Assembly: GCA_963817105.1 (NCBI GenBank)
Contig: CAWFNA010000001.1
Location: forward strand, 66,711-130,710
Reading direction: 5' to 3'
DNA length: 64,000 nt
From: an uncultured Actinomycetes bacterium
GTDB lineage: Bacteria > Actinomycetota > Thermoleophilia > Gaiellales > Gaiellaceae
Positions 40,494-50,655 of this stretch are shown here, one piece after another. The translations under genes were made by a program, and so were the position numbers. Within the stretch, counting starts at the first letter, position 1. Every line of letters begins with the position of its first letter. The notes under the pieces are model-generated. The model saw nothing but the letters and a program-made list of their open reading frames with translations, did not search any database and was not told where the DNA came from.

Positions 40494-42012
40494 ATGAGGA
40501 ACGCGGACGACCCGCCCCGATCGCTCGACCCGGGTTCCGCGCCGGCCTCCGAAGAGGGCGCGACGCACGTCCTGGACGAGAGCGCAGCGACCGGCGGCAG
40601 CTCTTCCAGGCCGAAGCCGGTGCCGCACTTCACGCCCGCCGAGCGGGTCGCCCGGGGCAGGGCCGCGCGCTCCGAGCTTCCGCGCTCGGCGCACGCCTCC
40701 TGGGAGCCGGCGCCAAGACGCACAGATCCCGTCGATCTGCTCGAGGAGCAGGCGCAGACCCGTCTGCCAGAGCTCGGCCCGATCCGGTACGGGCGCATGC
40801 TCGTGTCGCCGTTCACCTTCTTCCGCGGCGCCGCCTATCTGATGGCGGCCGATCTCGCGGATGGGCCGCGGACAGGCCTACACGCTCAACTCTGCGGAGA
40901 CGCGCACCTCTCCAACTTCGGCATCTTCGCCGCGCCGGATCGGAGGCTCGTCTTCAGCATCAATGACTTCGACGAGACACTTCCGGGGCCATTCGAGTGG
41001 GACCTGAAGCGGCTCGCCGCGAGCGTCGTGGTGGCGGGCCGGGATCGCGGCTTCGACGAGGCGGTCTGCCGCTCGGTCGTGATGGCGGCGGCGCGTGAGT
41101 ATCGCGAAGCGATCGCCCGCTTCGCGGAGATGCGCAACATCGACGTCTGGTACACGCGCCTCGACGTCGCGGCGATCCTCAAACAGCTCGGAGCATCGGC
41201 GTCCCGCAAGCAGATGAAGCGCTTCCAGACCGACGTCGCCAAGGTGCACACGAAGGACAGCATGCGAGCCCTCGCAAAGCTGTGTCGGACCGTCGACGGC
41301 GAGCTGCGGATCGTCGGCAACCCTCCCCTCGTCACGCCGATCGAGGACGTCCTCCCAGATGCTGAGCAGGACGACCTGGAGGACGTCGTGCGGCGCATGA
41401 TTCGCACGTACAGACGCACGCTGCCGCGCGACCGGCGCAACCTGCTCGAGAGCTACCGGTACGTGCATGCCGCTCGGAAGGTCGTCGGTGTCGGCAGCGT
41501 GGGTACCCGCTCCTGGATCCTGCTGATGGTGGGCCGCGACAAGAACGACCCGCTGTTCCTCCAGTTCAAGGAAGCGCAGGCCTCGGTCCTGGAGCCGTTC
41601 CTCGGGAAGAGCCAGTACACCCAGCACGGACGGCGCGTCGTGGAAGGGCAGCGGATGATGCAGGCGGCGCCCGACATCCTGCTCGGGTGGGAGCGAATCG
41701 TGACGATCGACGGGGAAAAACGGGACTTCTACATCCGGCAACTCTGGGATGCCAAGGGCTCGGTGGACGTCGAACTGATGGACCCGCCAGAGCTGGAGGC
41801 CTACGGCCAAGATCTGCGGCTGGACGCTCGCGAGAGCCCACGCGCGCTCGGGCGACAGGATCGCGATCGCCGCCTATCTCGGCAGCGGCGACTCCTTCGA
41901 CCGCGCCATGGCCTCGTTCTCCGAGACGTACGCCGACCAAAACGATCGGGACTACCGCACGCTGAAGGAGGCAGCAGCGTCCGGCCGCATCGTCGCCGAG
42001 ATGGGAGTTTGA
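40494..42012 (+). pseudogene. DUF2252 family protein with one apparent frameshift near the 3' end
   Basis: AAGGAG RBS. Motifs: RYGRMLVSPFTFFRGAA, CGDAHLSNFG, NDFDETLPGPFEWDLKRLAAS. The C-terminus ICGWTLARAHARSGDRIAIAAYLGSGDSFD...RIVAEMGV* is in a different frame from about 41810. Confidence 0.75.
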
Positions 42013-42299
42013 TCACTCCGCCCTCGGATGCACGACTGAGGCGCTGAGCTGTAGCGGGCGGGCCTTGCCGGGCGTGATCGTCGCCCGCGCCGTCAACACC
42101 TTCACTCAACCCGGACCACGGCCGGTTGCGCGTGGGCGCGCGACCGCCGCAGATCGAGTACGAACACCGAGCTTCTCGTAGGCGTTTTCGAGGCCGTTCG
42201 ACGGGAGCCTGGACGCCCAGGACGACCGTAGGGGTCGGCCGTGTCGGAGTAGGGGAAACCCGCTAGAGCGGCCGTCGGAAGCCGCCTAGGGTCGAGGGC

Positions 42300-45128
42300 A
42301 TGAGAGCTCCAAGAAAGGACGCCATGTTCAGTAGAAAGCTGCTCGGCGCGCTTGCAGTCCTTGCCGCGACGGTCGTGTCTTCGGCGTCCGCCGCGGGGAA
42401 CTCGGCGCAGGCCGACAATCGCCCTGTGCGCTTCTGGTCCTTCCACGAGGTGCAGGAGGGCGTCGGTGACGTCGAGCTTGCATCCGAGTCCGGGGTGGGC
42501 GGCCGGTTGGAAGAGAGCGTCGTCTTCGGCCCGGCGGCCTTCAACTTCCCGGAGAGCCACCGCAACGACACGCTCGCCCGTGGCCGCGCCTTCTCGTCCG
42601 CCGACGGCAAGCGGTTCGACGTGCTGGCCCAGGCCCCGACGGTCAGCGTCGGCCGGCGAGGGTCGCCCAAGGGCGGCTCCTCGCATCTGGAGCAGTTCCA
42701 GGCCTTCGAGAAGCGATCCGACTTCGCTTCGCTGCGCATCACCATCTCGCAGGCGATCGTCGACGCCATCGATGCAAACGGTCCGAAGCTCCTCCGTACC
42801 GAATGCCCGGCCACCTTCGACTGCCGGCCGATCAGGGGCTTGGTCCGCTTCCAGGCGAGGGCCTACGCCGAGTCGGCCGGTGGCGACTTCTTCCGGCGCG
42901 GGGGCGTCGCGTACGTCGAAGGTAACCAGGGGCATTGGACGATCAAGGCACCGACGTCATCTGACTCGAGGGCGCGGCTCTGGGACAACGACGACTTTCG
43001 CCTCGATGAGGACTTCGAGAACACCGGAAGCGGGTCGCACGCGCTCGCGCGGCTGCGCGAGCCGGTGACGATGGACGTCAACCTCTCCTCGCTTCGAGAC
43101 CACGAGCTGTTCGCCGTGCAGGTCACCCTCGATGCTCAGACCTTCGACGCCCGTGGCCGCGAGTCGGCGGTCGAGGCGTTCATCAGGGATCCGCAAAGTG
43201 CTGTCCCCGCGCTCGTCGAGACCGCGGGCCTGAAGCCCCGCGGCGCGCCGACGTTCACGGCGCCCCCGATCGAGGCGCTGCCGGAGGCGCAGTGCCCGGC
43301 CGGGCCCGACCCGGCGGCCGGGACGCTGCAGCTGAGCGAGCCCACGTACGTCACGGACGAGACGACCGGAGTGCCGATGCTCCTCCTGGTCACCCGCACG
43401 GGCGGCACGAGCGGCGAGGCGAGCGCCGTGGTCACCACGAGCGCCGGCTCGGCGGATGCAGGTACCGACTACACCGAGACGAGCACGCGCGTCGTGTTCG
43501 GCGACGGAGACTCGGCCCCTCGGCTCGTCGAGATCCCGATCCTTCAGGACGAGGAGCCCGAGCCCGAGGAGACGTTCTCGGTCTCGCTCACCGATGCCCG
43601 GTGCGGCGCTGTTGGTGAGCAGAGCCGGACGGAGGCGACGATCGTGGACGACGACTCGCCCGACGAGCAGCAGGCGAGCTTCACGATCGGCGGCACCGTC
43701 ACCGGACTGCAAGGGTCCGGCCTGGTGCTCGACAACCTGGGCGCCGACCTCGGCGTCGGTAACGGGCCGTTCGCGTTCCCCGGCGCCGTCGCCGACGGCC
43801 TGCCCTACGACGTCACGATCGCGACCCAGCCGAACAGCCCCGACCAGGTCTGCACGGTGACCAACGGCTCGGGCACGGTGACGGGCGCCGATGTGACCGA
43901 TATCGCCGTGGGCTGCGCTCCCCCGGCGCCGTCCTCGGGACTCGATCCGACGTTCGGTGGCGACGGCCGGGTGTCGACCGTGGTCGGCCACGGCGAGGCA
44001 GAAGCGGTTCTCGTTCAGCCCGACGGCGGCATCGTCACCTTCGGCCGTCGCGCCGTGAGCGGCGGCATCGACTTCGCGCTCACGCGCCACGACTCCGACG
44101 GCAACCTCGATCCAGGCTTCGGAGCCGGCGGCATCGTCACGACCGACCTCGGCAGTCAGACCGACGAAGCCTTCGACGCGGCGTTCGATGCCGACGGTGG
44201 ATTCGTGGTCGTCGGGCGCACCGACGGTCCGGGCTCCAACCGCAACTTCGGAGTCGTCCGCTATCGGGCTGACGGCAGCCTCGACACCGGCTTCGGAGCC
44301 GGCGGCATCGTCGAGACCGACTTCGCCGGTCAGGTCGACCAGGCCAACGCGGTCGCCGTGCAAGCGAACGGCAAGATCGTCGTCGCCGGGCTCGCCGCCA
44401 GGACCGGTGTGGCGGGCGCAGACAACGACTTCGCGCTTGCCCGCTACCTCGACGACGGCACGCTCGACACGAGCTTCGGCGGGGACGGGATCGTCACGAG
44501 CGATCTCGGAACAAGGACGGACATCGCCCGTGCCCTCGTCGTCCAGCCGGACGGCCGCATCGTCGTCGCCGGCACGGTCGATGACGACGTCGCGCTCGTG
44601 CGCTACGGCGACGACGGAGAGGTGGACACCACCTTCGGCCGCAATGGCGTCACGATCACCGAGTTCGGCTCGGACGACTTCGCCAACGGTGTTGCGCTGA
44701 CTTCCGACGGCCGGATCCTCGTCGCCGGGCACACCCTCGGGACCGGACTGAACACCGACTTCGCGCTCATGCGTTACGGCTCAGACGGTGCGCTGGACGA
44801 GTCGTTCGGCAAGGGCGGCATCGTGACGACCGACATCGGCGGCGGCGACGACTTCGGAGAGGGTCTGACCGTGGACACCGCCGGCAGGATCGTCGTCGTC
44901 GGTCGTGCGACCAGCTCGACGATCCTCGACATGGCCGTCGTCCGTTACGACGGCAACGGCACCCTTGACGCCGGCTTCGGCGAGAACGGCATCGTCGAGG
45001 CCGACTTCCACGGCAGCGGGGAGTTCGGGCAGGACGTCGCCATCCAGGCCGACGGCAAGATCGTGGCGGCCGGGTACACCGCAAACGGCATCGACACGGA
45101 GTTTGCCCTGATCCGCATCAATCCCTAG
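42300..45128 (+). CDS. secreted Calx-beta + delta-60-repeat (TIGR02608-like beta-propeller) protein
   Basis: Signal peptide FSRKLLGALAVLAATVVSSASAAG. Calx-beta-like block GTLQLSEPTYVTDE...AGTDYTETSTRVVFGDGDSAPRLVEIPILQDEEPEPEETFSVSL. At least 9 repeats of FG.(G/N)G.V..D....D.A.A...Q.DG(K/R)IVVAG. No frameshifts in 2.8 kb. Confidence 0.8.
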   Translation: MRAPRKDAMFSRKLLGALAVLAATVVSSASAAGNSAQADNRPVRFWSFHEVQEGVGDVELASESGVGGRLEESVVFGPAAFNFPESHRNDTLARGRAFSSADGKRFDVLAQAPTVSVGRRGSPKGGSSHLEQFQAFEKRSDFASLRITISQAIVDAIDANGPKLLRTECPATFDCRPIRGLVRFQARAYAESAGGDFFRRGGVAYVEGNQGHWTIKAPTSSDSRARLWDNDDFRLDEDFENTGSGSHALARLREPVTMDVNLSSLRDHELFAVQVTLDAQTFDARGRESAVEAFIRDPQSAVPALVETAGLKPRGAPTFTAPPIEALPEAQCPAGPDPAAGTLQLSEPTYVTDETTGVPMLLLVTRTGGTSGEASAVVTTSAGSADAGTDYTETSTRVVFGDGDSAPRLVEIPILQDEEPEPEETFSVSLTDARCGAVGEQSRTEATIVDDDSPDEQQASFTIGGTVTGLQGSGLVLDNLGADLGVGNGPFAFPGAVADGLPYDVTIATQPNSPDQVCTVTNGSGTVTGADVTDIAVGCAPPAPSSGLDPTFGGDGRVSTVVGHGEAEAVLVQPDGGIVTFGRRAVSGGIDFALTRHDSDGNLDPGFGAGGIVTTDLGSQTDEAFDAAFDADGGFVVVGRTDGPGSNRNFGVVRYRADGSLDTGFGAGGIVETDFAGQVDQANAVAVQANGKIVVAGLAARTGVAGADNDFALARYLDDGTLDTSFGGDGIVTSDLGTRTDIARALVVQPDGRIVVAGTVDDDVALVRYGDDGEVDTTFGRNGVTITEFGSDDFANGVALTSDGRILVAGHTLGTGLNTDFALMRYGSDGALDESFGKGGIVTTDIGGGDDFGEGLTVDTAGRIVVVGRATSSTILDMAVVRYDGNGTLDAGFGENGIVEADFHGSGEFGQDVAIQADGKIVAAGYTANGIDTEFALIRINP

Positions 45129-45135
45129 GCGCGTA

Positions 45136-46359
45136 TTAGCTGCTCGCGGCGTCCGCCATCGAGGCGACGCGCGGCGCGGAGCTGTTCCGGAGGAGCACCG
45201 CGGCGAATGCCAGGCCTCCGATCGTCATCAGGGCGGAGAGGACGAGGAAGAAGGTCGAGAGCGAGACGTAGCGGAGCGCCTCGCCGGCGGCGAGGAAGCC
45301 GAGCGGGCCGGCGATCGTCGCGACCGTGAAGACCGCCGTGATCACCTTCGGCCGGAGCGCCTCGGGCGTTCGCACCGTGAGCACACCGGCGATCGGCGCG
45401 TTGACGAGCGGCGTGAAGAATCCGAACGCGCCGACCACGATGCCCGAGAGGGCCCACGGCAGCGGCACGGCGAGCAGGTAGAGCGGTAGGGGCATGACGA
45501 CGATCGCGACCGCGGCGAGCTTCAGGAGGTCGGCCTTGCGCGCGAGCTGCTGCGCGGCGAGCGCGCCGCAGAGCGCGCCGACGCCGAACGCCCCGAAGAG
45601 GTAGCCGAGGACCTTCGCGTCCGCGTCGTAGCGGAAGTACGCGAGCGCCTGGATGCCGATCAGGAGCCCCTGCACGACGAAGTTGAGCGCGCAGGCGGCG
45701 ATCATGAGCCGCCCGAGGAGCTGGTCGCGCGCGAGGAAGCGGAGGCCGGCGAAGATTCCCTGCGACTCCGTAGTCGCGGCGACGCGGCGGCCGGCCTTGA
45801 CGACGAGCAGGATCGTGAGGAACGAGAACACGTACGTGCAGCCGTCCACGACGAGCACGGTGGACGGGCTCGTCGCCGCGATCAGCACGCCGGCCAGCAC
45901 CGGCCCCGCGATCTGCGTGATCTGCTGCGCGCCGGCGAGCACCGCGCTCACCTGCGTGACCGCCCGCTCGTCCTCGCCCGCAACCTCCGGAACGACGATC
46001 CGCGCCGACGCGAAGTAGGGCGCGGTGAAGACGCCGATCGCGAAGGTCACACCGAGGAGCGCAGGGAAGGAGAGATCGCCCGTCGCGTGCAGGATCGGGA
46101 TCACGAGCATGAGCGGCCCGCGCGCGGCGTCCGAGATGAGCATCGTCCGCTTGGCGCCGAGGCGCGCGATCACCGAGCCCGCCGGGAGGCCGACGACCGC
46201 GATCGGCAGCATCTCGGCCGCGAGGACCCAGCCCATCTTCGCGGTCGAGCCCGTCGTGGCGAGGACGAACCACGGCAAGGCGATGAACGTCATCGCCGAG
46301 CCGGTCAGCGAGACGAGCTCCGCGGAGATCAGGCCGATGAGGGAGCGGCTTCGGGGCAC
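45136..46359 (-). CDS. MFS transporter (MFS_3/EntS-like)
   Basis: ORF 45136..46404. I prefer GTG 46359 (VPRSRSLIGLISAEL...) because the first 15 codons translate an AT-rich promoter-like stretch. 12 TM. Confidence 0.75.
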   Translation of the reverse strand: MPRSRSLIGLISAELVSLTGSAMTFIALPWFVLATTGSTAKMGWVLAAEMLPIAVVGLPAGSVIARLGAKRTMLISDAARGPLMLVIPILHATGDLSFPALLGVTFAIGVFTAPYFASARIVVPEVAGEDERAVTQVSAVLAGAQQITQIAGPVLAGVLIAATSPSTVLVVDGCTYVFSFLTILLVVKAGRRVAATTESQGIFAGLRFLARDQLLGRLMIAACALNFVVQGLLIGIQALAYFRYDADAKVLGYLFGAFGVGALCGALAAQQLARKADLLKLAAVAIVVMPLPLYLLAVPLPWALSGIVVGAFGFFTPLVNAPIAGVLTVRTPEALRPKVITAVFTVATIAGPLGFLAAGEALRYVSLSTFFLVLSALMTIGGLAFAAVLLRNSSAPRVASMADAASS

Positions 46360-46402
46360 GGGGAGATAATAATACGTCTGTACGGTTTTGTAAAGTGCGG
46401 TC
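46360..46402. promoter_or_regulatory. divergent promoter region with -10 boxes placed for leaderless transcripts
   Basis: TAAAGT (46391-46396) lies 6 nt before the TetR ATG 46403. TATTAT on the reverse strand (46366-46371) lies 6 nt before the MFS GTG 46359. Confidence 0.45.
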
Positions 46403-46990
46403 ATGCCGAAGGTGAGCCAGGAGCACCTCGACGCCCGCCGCGCCGAGATCCTCGAGGGGGCACGCCGCGCGTTCGCGAGATACGGGTACGGGGGCGCGAC
46501 GGTCGCCCGCCTCGAGGAGGAGATCGGGCTGTCGCGGGGGGCGATCTTCCACTACTTCGACTCGAAGCTCGACCTCTTCGTCGAGCTCGCATTCGTCGAC
46601 AACCTCCGCTACGTGGGCATGCTGACCGAGCACGGGGTCGAGGCCGTGCTCCGGGCGATCGCGGCCGCGGACCGGGACTGGCTGAACGTCCTGATCGAGA
46701 CGGAGGTGCGGCTCTGGCACGACCCCGAGCTCCAGCAGCGGATGTCCAAAGTGGAGCAGCGAGCGCAGGAGCAGAGAGAGCAGCTCCTCGCCTCGTTCGA
46801 ACGTGCCCAGGCCGAGGGTCGACTGCGGACGGACCTCGACCTGGCCGACATCGTCGACTTCTCGACGATCCTGATCAACGGGCTCGCCGTCCGGGTTGCG
46901 GGCGGCGACCCGATGAGCATCGACGCCTTCGTACGCCTGGTGAACGACGCCCTACTCCCGCGCGGTCAGGAGCTAGCGTTCCCGTCGTGA
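46403..46990 (+). CDS. TetR/AcrR-family transcriptional regulator
   Basis: RRAEILEGARRAFARYGYGGATVARLEEEIGLSRGAIFHYFDSKLDLF is a TetR HTH. Confidence 0.85.
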   Translation: MPKVSQEHLDARRAEILEGARRAFARYGYGGATVARLEEEIGLSRGAIFHYFDSKLDLFVELAFVDNLRYVGMLTEHGVEAVLRAIAAADRDWLNVLIETEVRLWHDPELQQRMSKVEQRAQEQREQLLASFERAQAEGRLRTDLDLADIVDFSTILINGLAVRVAGGDPMSIDAFVRLVNDALLPRGQELAFPS

Positions 46991-48664
46991 GCAGCACCGC
47001 GGCTCCCACGGCCGGCGCAGGCGCAGACGAGCGGCCGACCCTCAAGCAGCTCCTCGAGATCCTCGGGAGCGACCTGGTCGAGGTCGTGGCCACGCCGCAC
47101 GGGATCGACGTTCCGGTCAACGAGCCCGTGATCTACGACTCGACCGAGCGGCTGGCGATCGTGCCCGGCGCGGTCGTGCTCGCGGTCGGGGTCCAGGGCG
47201 GGACGCCGCAGGCGTCGCGGTTGCTGACCGAGGCCGCAGAGGCGGGCGCGGCCGCCGTCGTCTTCAAGGGGACCGCGGACGAAGCGGCCGCCGGCGTCGC
47301 GGTCCTCTCCGTCCCGGAGGAGCTGACGTGGACCCAGCTGCACGCCTTCGTCCTGAACGCGAGTCGCTTCTCCTCGCAGGAGAGCTCGGGTGGTGGGATC
47401 GCAGGCGTCCCGCTCGGTGATCTCTTCGCCCTCTCGAACGCGATCGCGGGCATGGTCGGAGGCGCGGTCACGATCGAGGACCCGAGCAGGCGCGTGCTCG
47501 CCTACTCGAACCTCGACGACCAGCCGATCGACGGCGGCCGTCGCCGCTCGATCCTCGGACGGCAGGTCCCGGACATCCCCGGCATGCGGCAGCTCTACCG
47601 GCAGCTCTTCTCGACCGCGGGCGTGATGACGGAGGACGGCCTCGTCCTGCGGAAGCTGCTCGGCATCGACGATCTGCGCTCGCGCTCCGCCGTGGCGATC
47701 CGTGCGGGGACGCAGGCGATCGGCTCGATCTGGGTCGTCCACGACGATGAGCGCCTCAGCGAGGAAGCGGAGCGCGCGCTCGTCGAGGCTGCTCGGATCG
47801 CCGTGCCGCACGTGATCCAGGCGCGGGCGGCCCGTGACGTCGACCGGCGGATGCGCGCCGAGATGGTGCTCGCCGTGCTCGAGGGCCGTGGCTCCGCGGA
47901 GGAGACCGCGAGCCGACTCGGGTTCGCGCCGACCGAGGCGCTCTCGCTCTTCGCCCTCCAGCTGACGAGCTCCGAGTCAGGCGATCGACGAGCTCGAGCG
48001 CGAGCGGCTCGTGGATCTCGTCGGCTTCTACTGCGAGGTCTTCCGGCGGTCGAGCGCGGCCGTCGCGAGCGGCCAGAACGTGTACGTCCTGCTCCAGGGC
48101 GAGCGGACGATCGTGCCGGAGCGACTCGTCCGGCTCGCCCAGGAGATCCAGGCCCATGCCGAGACGCGACTCGGAGTCGGCCTGCTCGCCGCGATCGGAT
48201 CGACCGTGGAGAACGTGCACGACGTCCCGCGGGCGCGGCGCGAGGTCGAGAACGTCCTGACGGTGCTCGGCAACGACGCAAAGGGGCGGACGGTGGCCAC
48301 GGTCGAGGACGTCCGCAGCGAGGTCGTCATCCTCGAGCTGCGCGAGGCGAGCGCCGCCCGCCCGAGCCTCACGCGCGGGAAGCTCGAGCGCGTCCTGGCG
48401 TACGACTCGGCGCACGGGACGGCGTACGCGCAGACACTGCGCGCCTACCTCGACGCGTTCGGGGACGTCGCCACGGCGGCGACGCAGACCTCGATCCACC
48501 CGAACACGTTCCGCTACCGGATGCGGCGGCTCGTCGAGCTCTGCGACCTCGACCTCGCGAATCCCGAGGAGCGCCTGGTCATCGAGCTGCAGCTGCGCCT
48601 GCTCGGGGACGACACGTCTCGACGGCGGTCGTCACCCGACGGAGAACCTCCGGCAGCGGCGTGA
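46987..48664 (+). pseudogene. PucR/CdaR-family transcriptional regulator with one apparent frameshift
   Basis: GTG 46987 overlaps the TetR stop (GTGA). N-terminal sensory part in the frame of ORF 46087..48741. After about 47980 it continues as IDELERERLVDLVGFY... (ORF 48011..48664) and ends with the PucR C-terminal HTH, TLRAYLDAFGDVATAATQTSIHPNTFRYRMRRLVEL. Confidence 0.75.
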
Positions 48665-49706
48665 CGCCGAGCCCGGGCCCGGTCGGGACGGCCAGTCGCC
48701 CGTCGTCCAGCACGAACGGCTCGGTGAGGTCCTCCTCGTAGTACCTCCCTGACGCCGACGTGTCCCCCGGCAGCGTGAAGTTCGGGAGCCCGGCCAGCGC
48801 GACGTTCGCGGCGCGGCCGAGGCCCGTCTCGAGCATGCCGCCGCACCAGACCGGGACGTCGAGCGCCGCACACACGTCGTGGACGCGGCGCGCCTCGAGA
48901 TAGCCGCCGACCCGCCCGGCCTTGACGTTGACGACGCTGCACGCTCCGAGCGCGATCGCGGCCTCCGCCATGCGGGCCGACGTGATCGACTCGTCGAGGC
49001 AGACGGGCGTGCTCGCCAGTTTTGCCAGCTGGGCGTGGGCGGGGATGTCCTCCTCCGGGAACGGCTGCTCGATCAGCAGCAGGCCGAACTCGTCGAGCGC
49101 GGTGAGCGCGGGGATGTCGTCGACGCCGTACGCGGCGTTCGCGTCGACCTGGAGCGCGATGTCCCCGAAGTGCTCGCGCACGGCGCGGACGGGCTCGACG
49201 TCGTAGCCCGGCTCCACCTTCAGCTTGATCCGTCGGTAGCCCTCCGCCAGGTGCCGCTCGACCGTGCCCAGCAACTCGGCGACGGTCTCGTGGATCCCGA
49301 TCGAGACGCCGCAGTCGACCTCGGTGCGGACCGCCCCGAGGAACGCGCCGAACGAGACATCCTGTGCGCGCAGCTCGGCGTCGAGGATCGCCATCTCCAC
49401 CGCCGCTTTCGCCATCGGGTGGCCGCGGACCGGCCGGAGCAGCTCCGCGACCTCGACGGCCGCGACGTCGTCGACGGTGAACAGCCTCGGCAGCAGGTGC
49501 GTGCGGATGACGTCCTGCGCGCCGTCGACGTACTCAGCCGAGTACAGCGGCTCGACGAGCGCGACGCACTCGCCCCACCCCTCCGAGTCGGGCCCGATCA
49601 CGCGCACCAGGAGGATGTCGCGGTGGTGCTGCGTGCCGAACGAGGTCGTGAACGGCTCGACGAGGGGGATGTGGACGCGGCGCAGCTCGACGAGGTCGAT
49701 CTTCAT
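48579..49706 (-). CDS. enolase-superfamily o-succinylbenzoate synthase/N-acylamino-acid racemase family protein
   Basis: MKIDLVELRRVHIPLVEPFTTSFG. Catalytic and metal motifs: IKLKV (KxK), DANAAY, IEQP, CLDES, VNVKAGRVGG. Confidence 0.8.
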   Translation of the reverse strand: MKIDLVELRRVHIPLVEPFTTSFGTQHHRDILLVRVIGPDSEGWGECVALVEPLYSAEYVDGAQDVIRTHLLPRLFTVDDVAAVEVAELLRPVRGHPMAKAAVEMAILDAELRAQDVSFGAFLGAVRTEVDCGVSIGIHETVAELLGTVERHLAEGYRRIKLKVEPGYDVEPVRAVREHFGDIALQVDANAAYGVDDIPALTALDEFGLLLIEQPFPEEDIPAHAQLAKLASTPVCLDESITSARMAEAAIALGACSVVNVKAGRVGGYLEARRVHDVCAALDVPVWCGGMLETGLGRAANVALAGLPNFTLPGDTSASGRYYEEDLTEPFVLDDGRLAVPTGPGLGVTPLPEVLRRVTTAVETCRPRAGAAAAR

Positions 49707-50563
49707 CGTGTGAGGACGAACCAGCCGTCCCGCGTGATCGCCTCGGCGCGAAAGCCGTCGGAGAGCGATCGGCCGACGGTGTCGCGGAGGGCGCGCCGCC
49801 ACGCGTGCGCGCGGCCGGCGTCGGACTCGCGGAGCCGGACGATGTCCTCCGGGATCCAGGCCAGGAGCGTGTCGCCGTCGGCAGTCGCGGTCGTCGGCGA
49901 GCCGGCGGCGTCAGCCTGCAGGATCACCGCCGCGTCGGTCTCCGGCGCGGCCGCCTCGGAGGTGGAGCGGTCTGCCGCCGCGGCCACCCGGTCGGATGCG
50001 AGATCCCAGAGCACCTCGACGCGGTCGGTCTCCTCGCCCGAGTTCAGGCGGTCGTCGATCCGGCCGTAGAAGTCGTCGTGGTACGCGACGATCGTCGCGC
50101 CGAGCTTGACGAGGTTGAAGAACATGTTCATGCGTACGAGGGGATCCGCCGTCCACCGGACCGTGAGCGCACCGTGCTCCAGCGCCCACGTGCGCTGGAA
50201 CTGCTTCAGCGCGAAGCCGACTGACCGTCCCTGGAGGGTGGGGTCGACGCCGGTGATGTGCGAGTGCAGGTGCAGCTCGCCTCCCTCGATCCCGAAAAAG
50301 CCGAGGGAGATGCCGACCAGCTCGTCACCGGACCATGCGCCGGCGACGAAGTTGTCCGCGTGGGACAGGGCCCTGAGCAGGCTCGCAGGCGCCTTGGGCT
50401 CGTCGTCGTCCCAGATGCGCGAGACGAGCTGCGACCCCGACTCGAACTCCGGCAGCGTCTCGAGCACGCGGACGTCGACGCCCGCGTGCTCCGCCGCCTC
50501 GCGGGCCGCAGCGGCGGCGCGATCCTGAGGCGCGTCCAAAGTGCGGAGCTCGATTCGACTCAT
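49703..50563 (-). CDS. GNAT-fold N-acyltransferase (candidate amino-acid N-succinyl/acetyl-transferase)
   Basis: MSRIELRTL... within ORF 49703..50674. GVDPTLQGRSVGFALKQFQRTWALEHG is a CoA-binding motif. Its stop overlaps the racemase ATG (ATGA). Confidence 0.65.
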   Translation of the reverse strand: MSRIELRTLDAPQDRAAAAAREAAEHAGVDVRVLETLPEFESGSQLVSRIWDDDEPKAPASLLRALSHADNFVAGAWSGDELVGISLGFFGIEGGELHLHSHITGVDPTLQGRSVGFALKQFQRTWALEHGALTVRWTADPLVRMNMFFNLVKLGATIVAYHDDFYGRIDDRLNSGEETDRVEVLWDLASDRVAAAADRSTSEAAAPETDAAVILQADAAGSPTTATADGDTLLAWIPEDIVRLRESDAGRAHAWRRALRDTVGRSLSDGFRAEAITRDGWFVLTR

Positions 50564-50655
50564 GCCTCGATGCTTCCACGCGCGTCCGGTTCCAGCCTGG
50601 TCGGCGCACACAAGCTTCGGGACCGGACTTTGGGGTGTGAAACGATCGGAACCCT

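Noticed and set aside
48579-48664. The 86-bp convergent overlap between the PucR gene end and the racemase gene end as a regulatory antisense feature.
   Set aside because: The PucR tail after ...LQLRLLGDD is Arg/Ser/Pro-rich and probably extends past the true stop because stops are rare at this GC content. The overlap is likely an annotation artefact.
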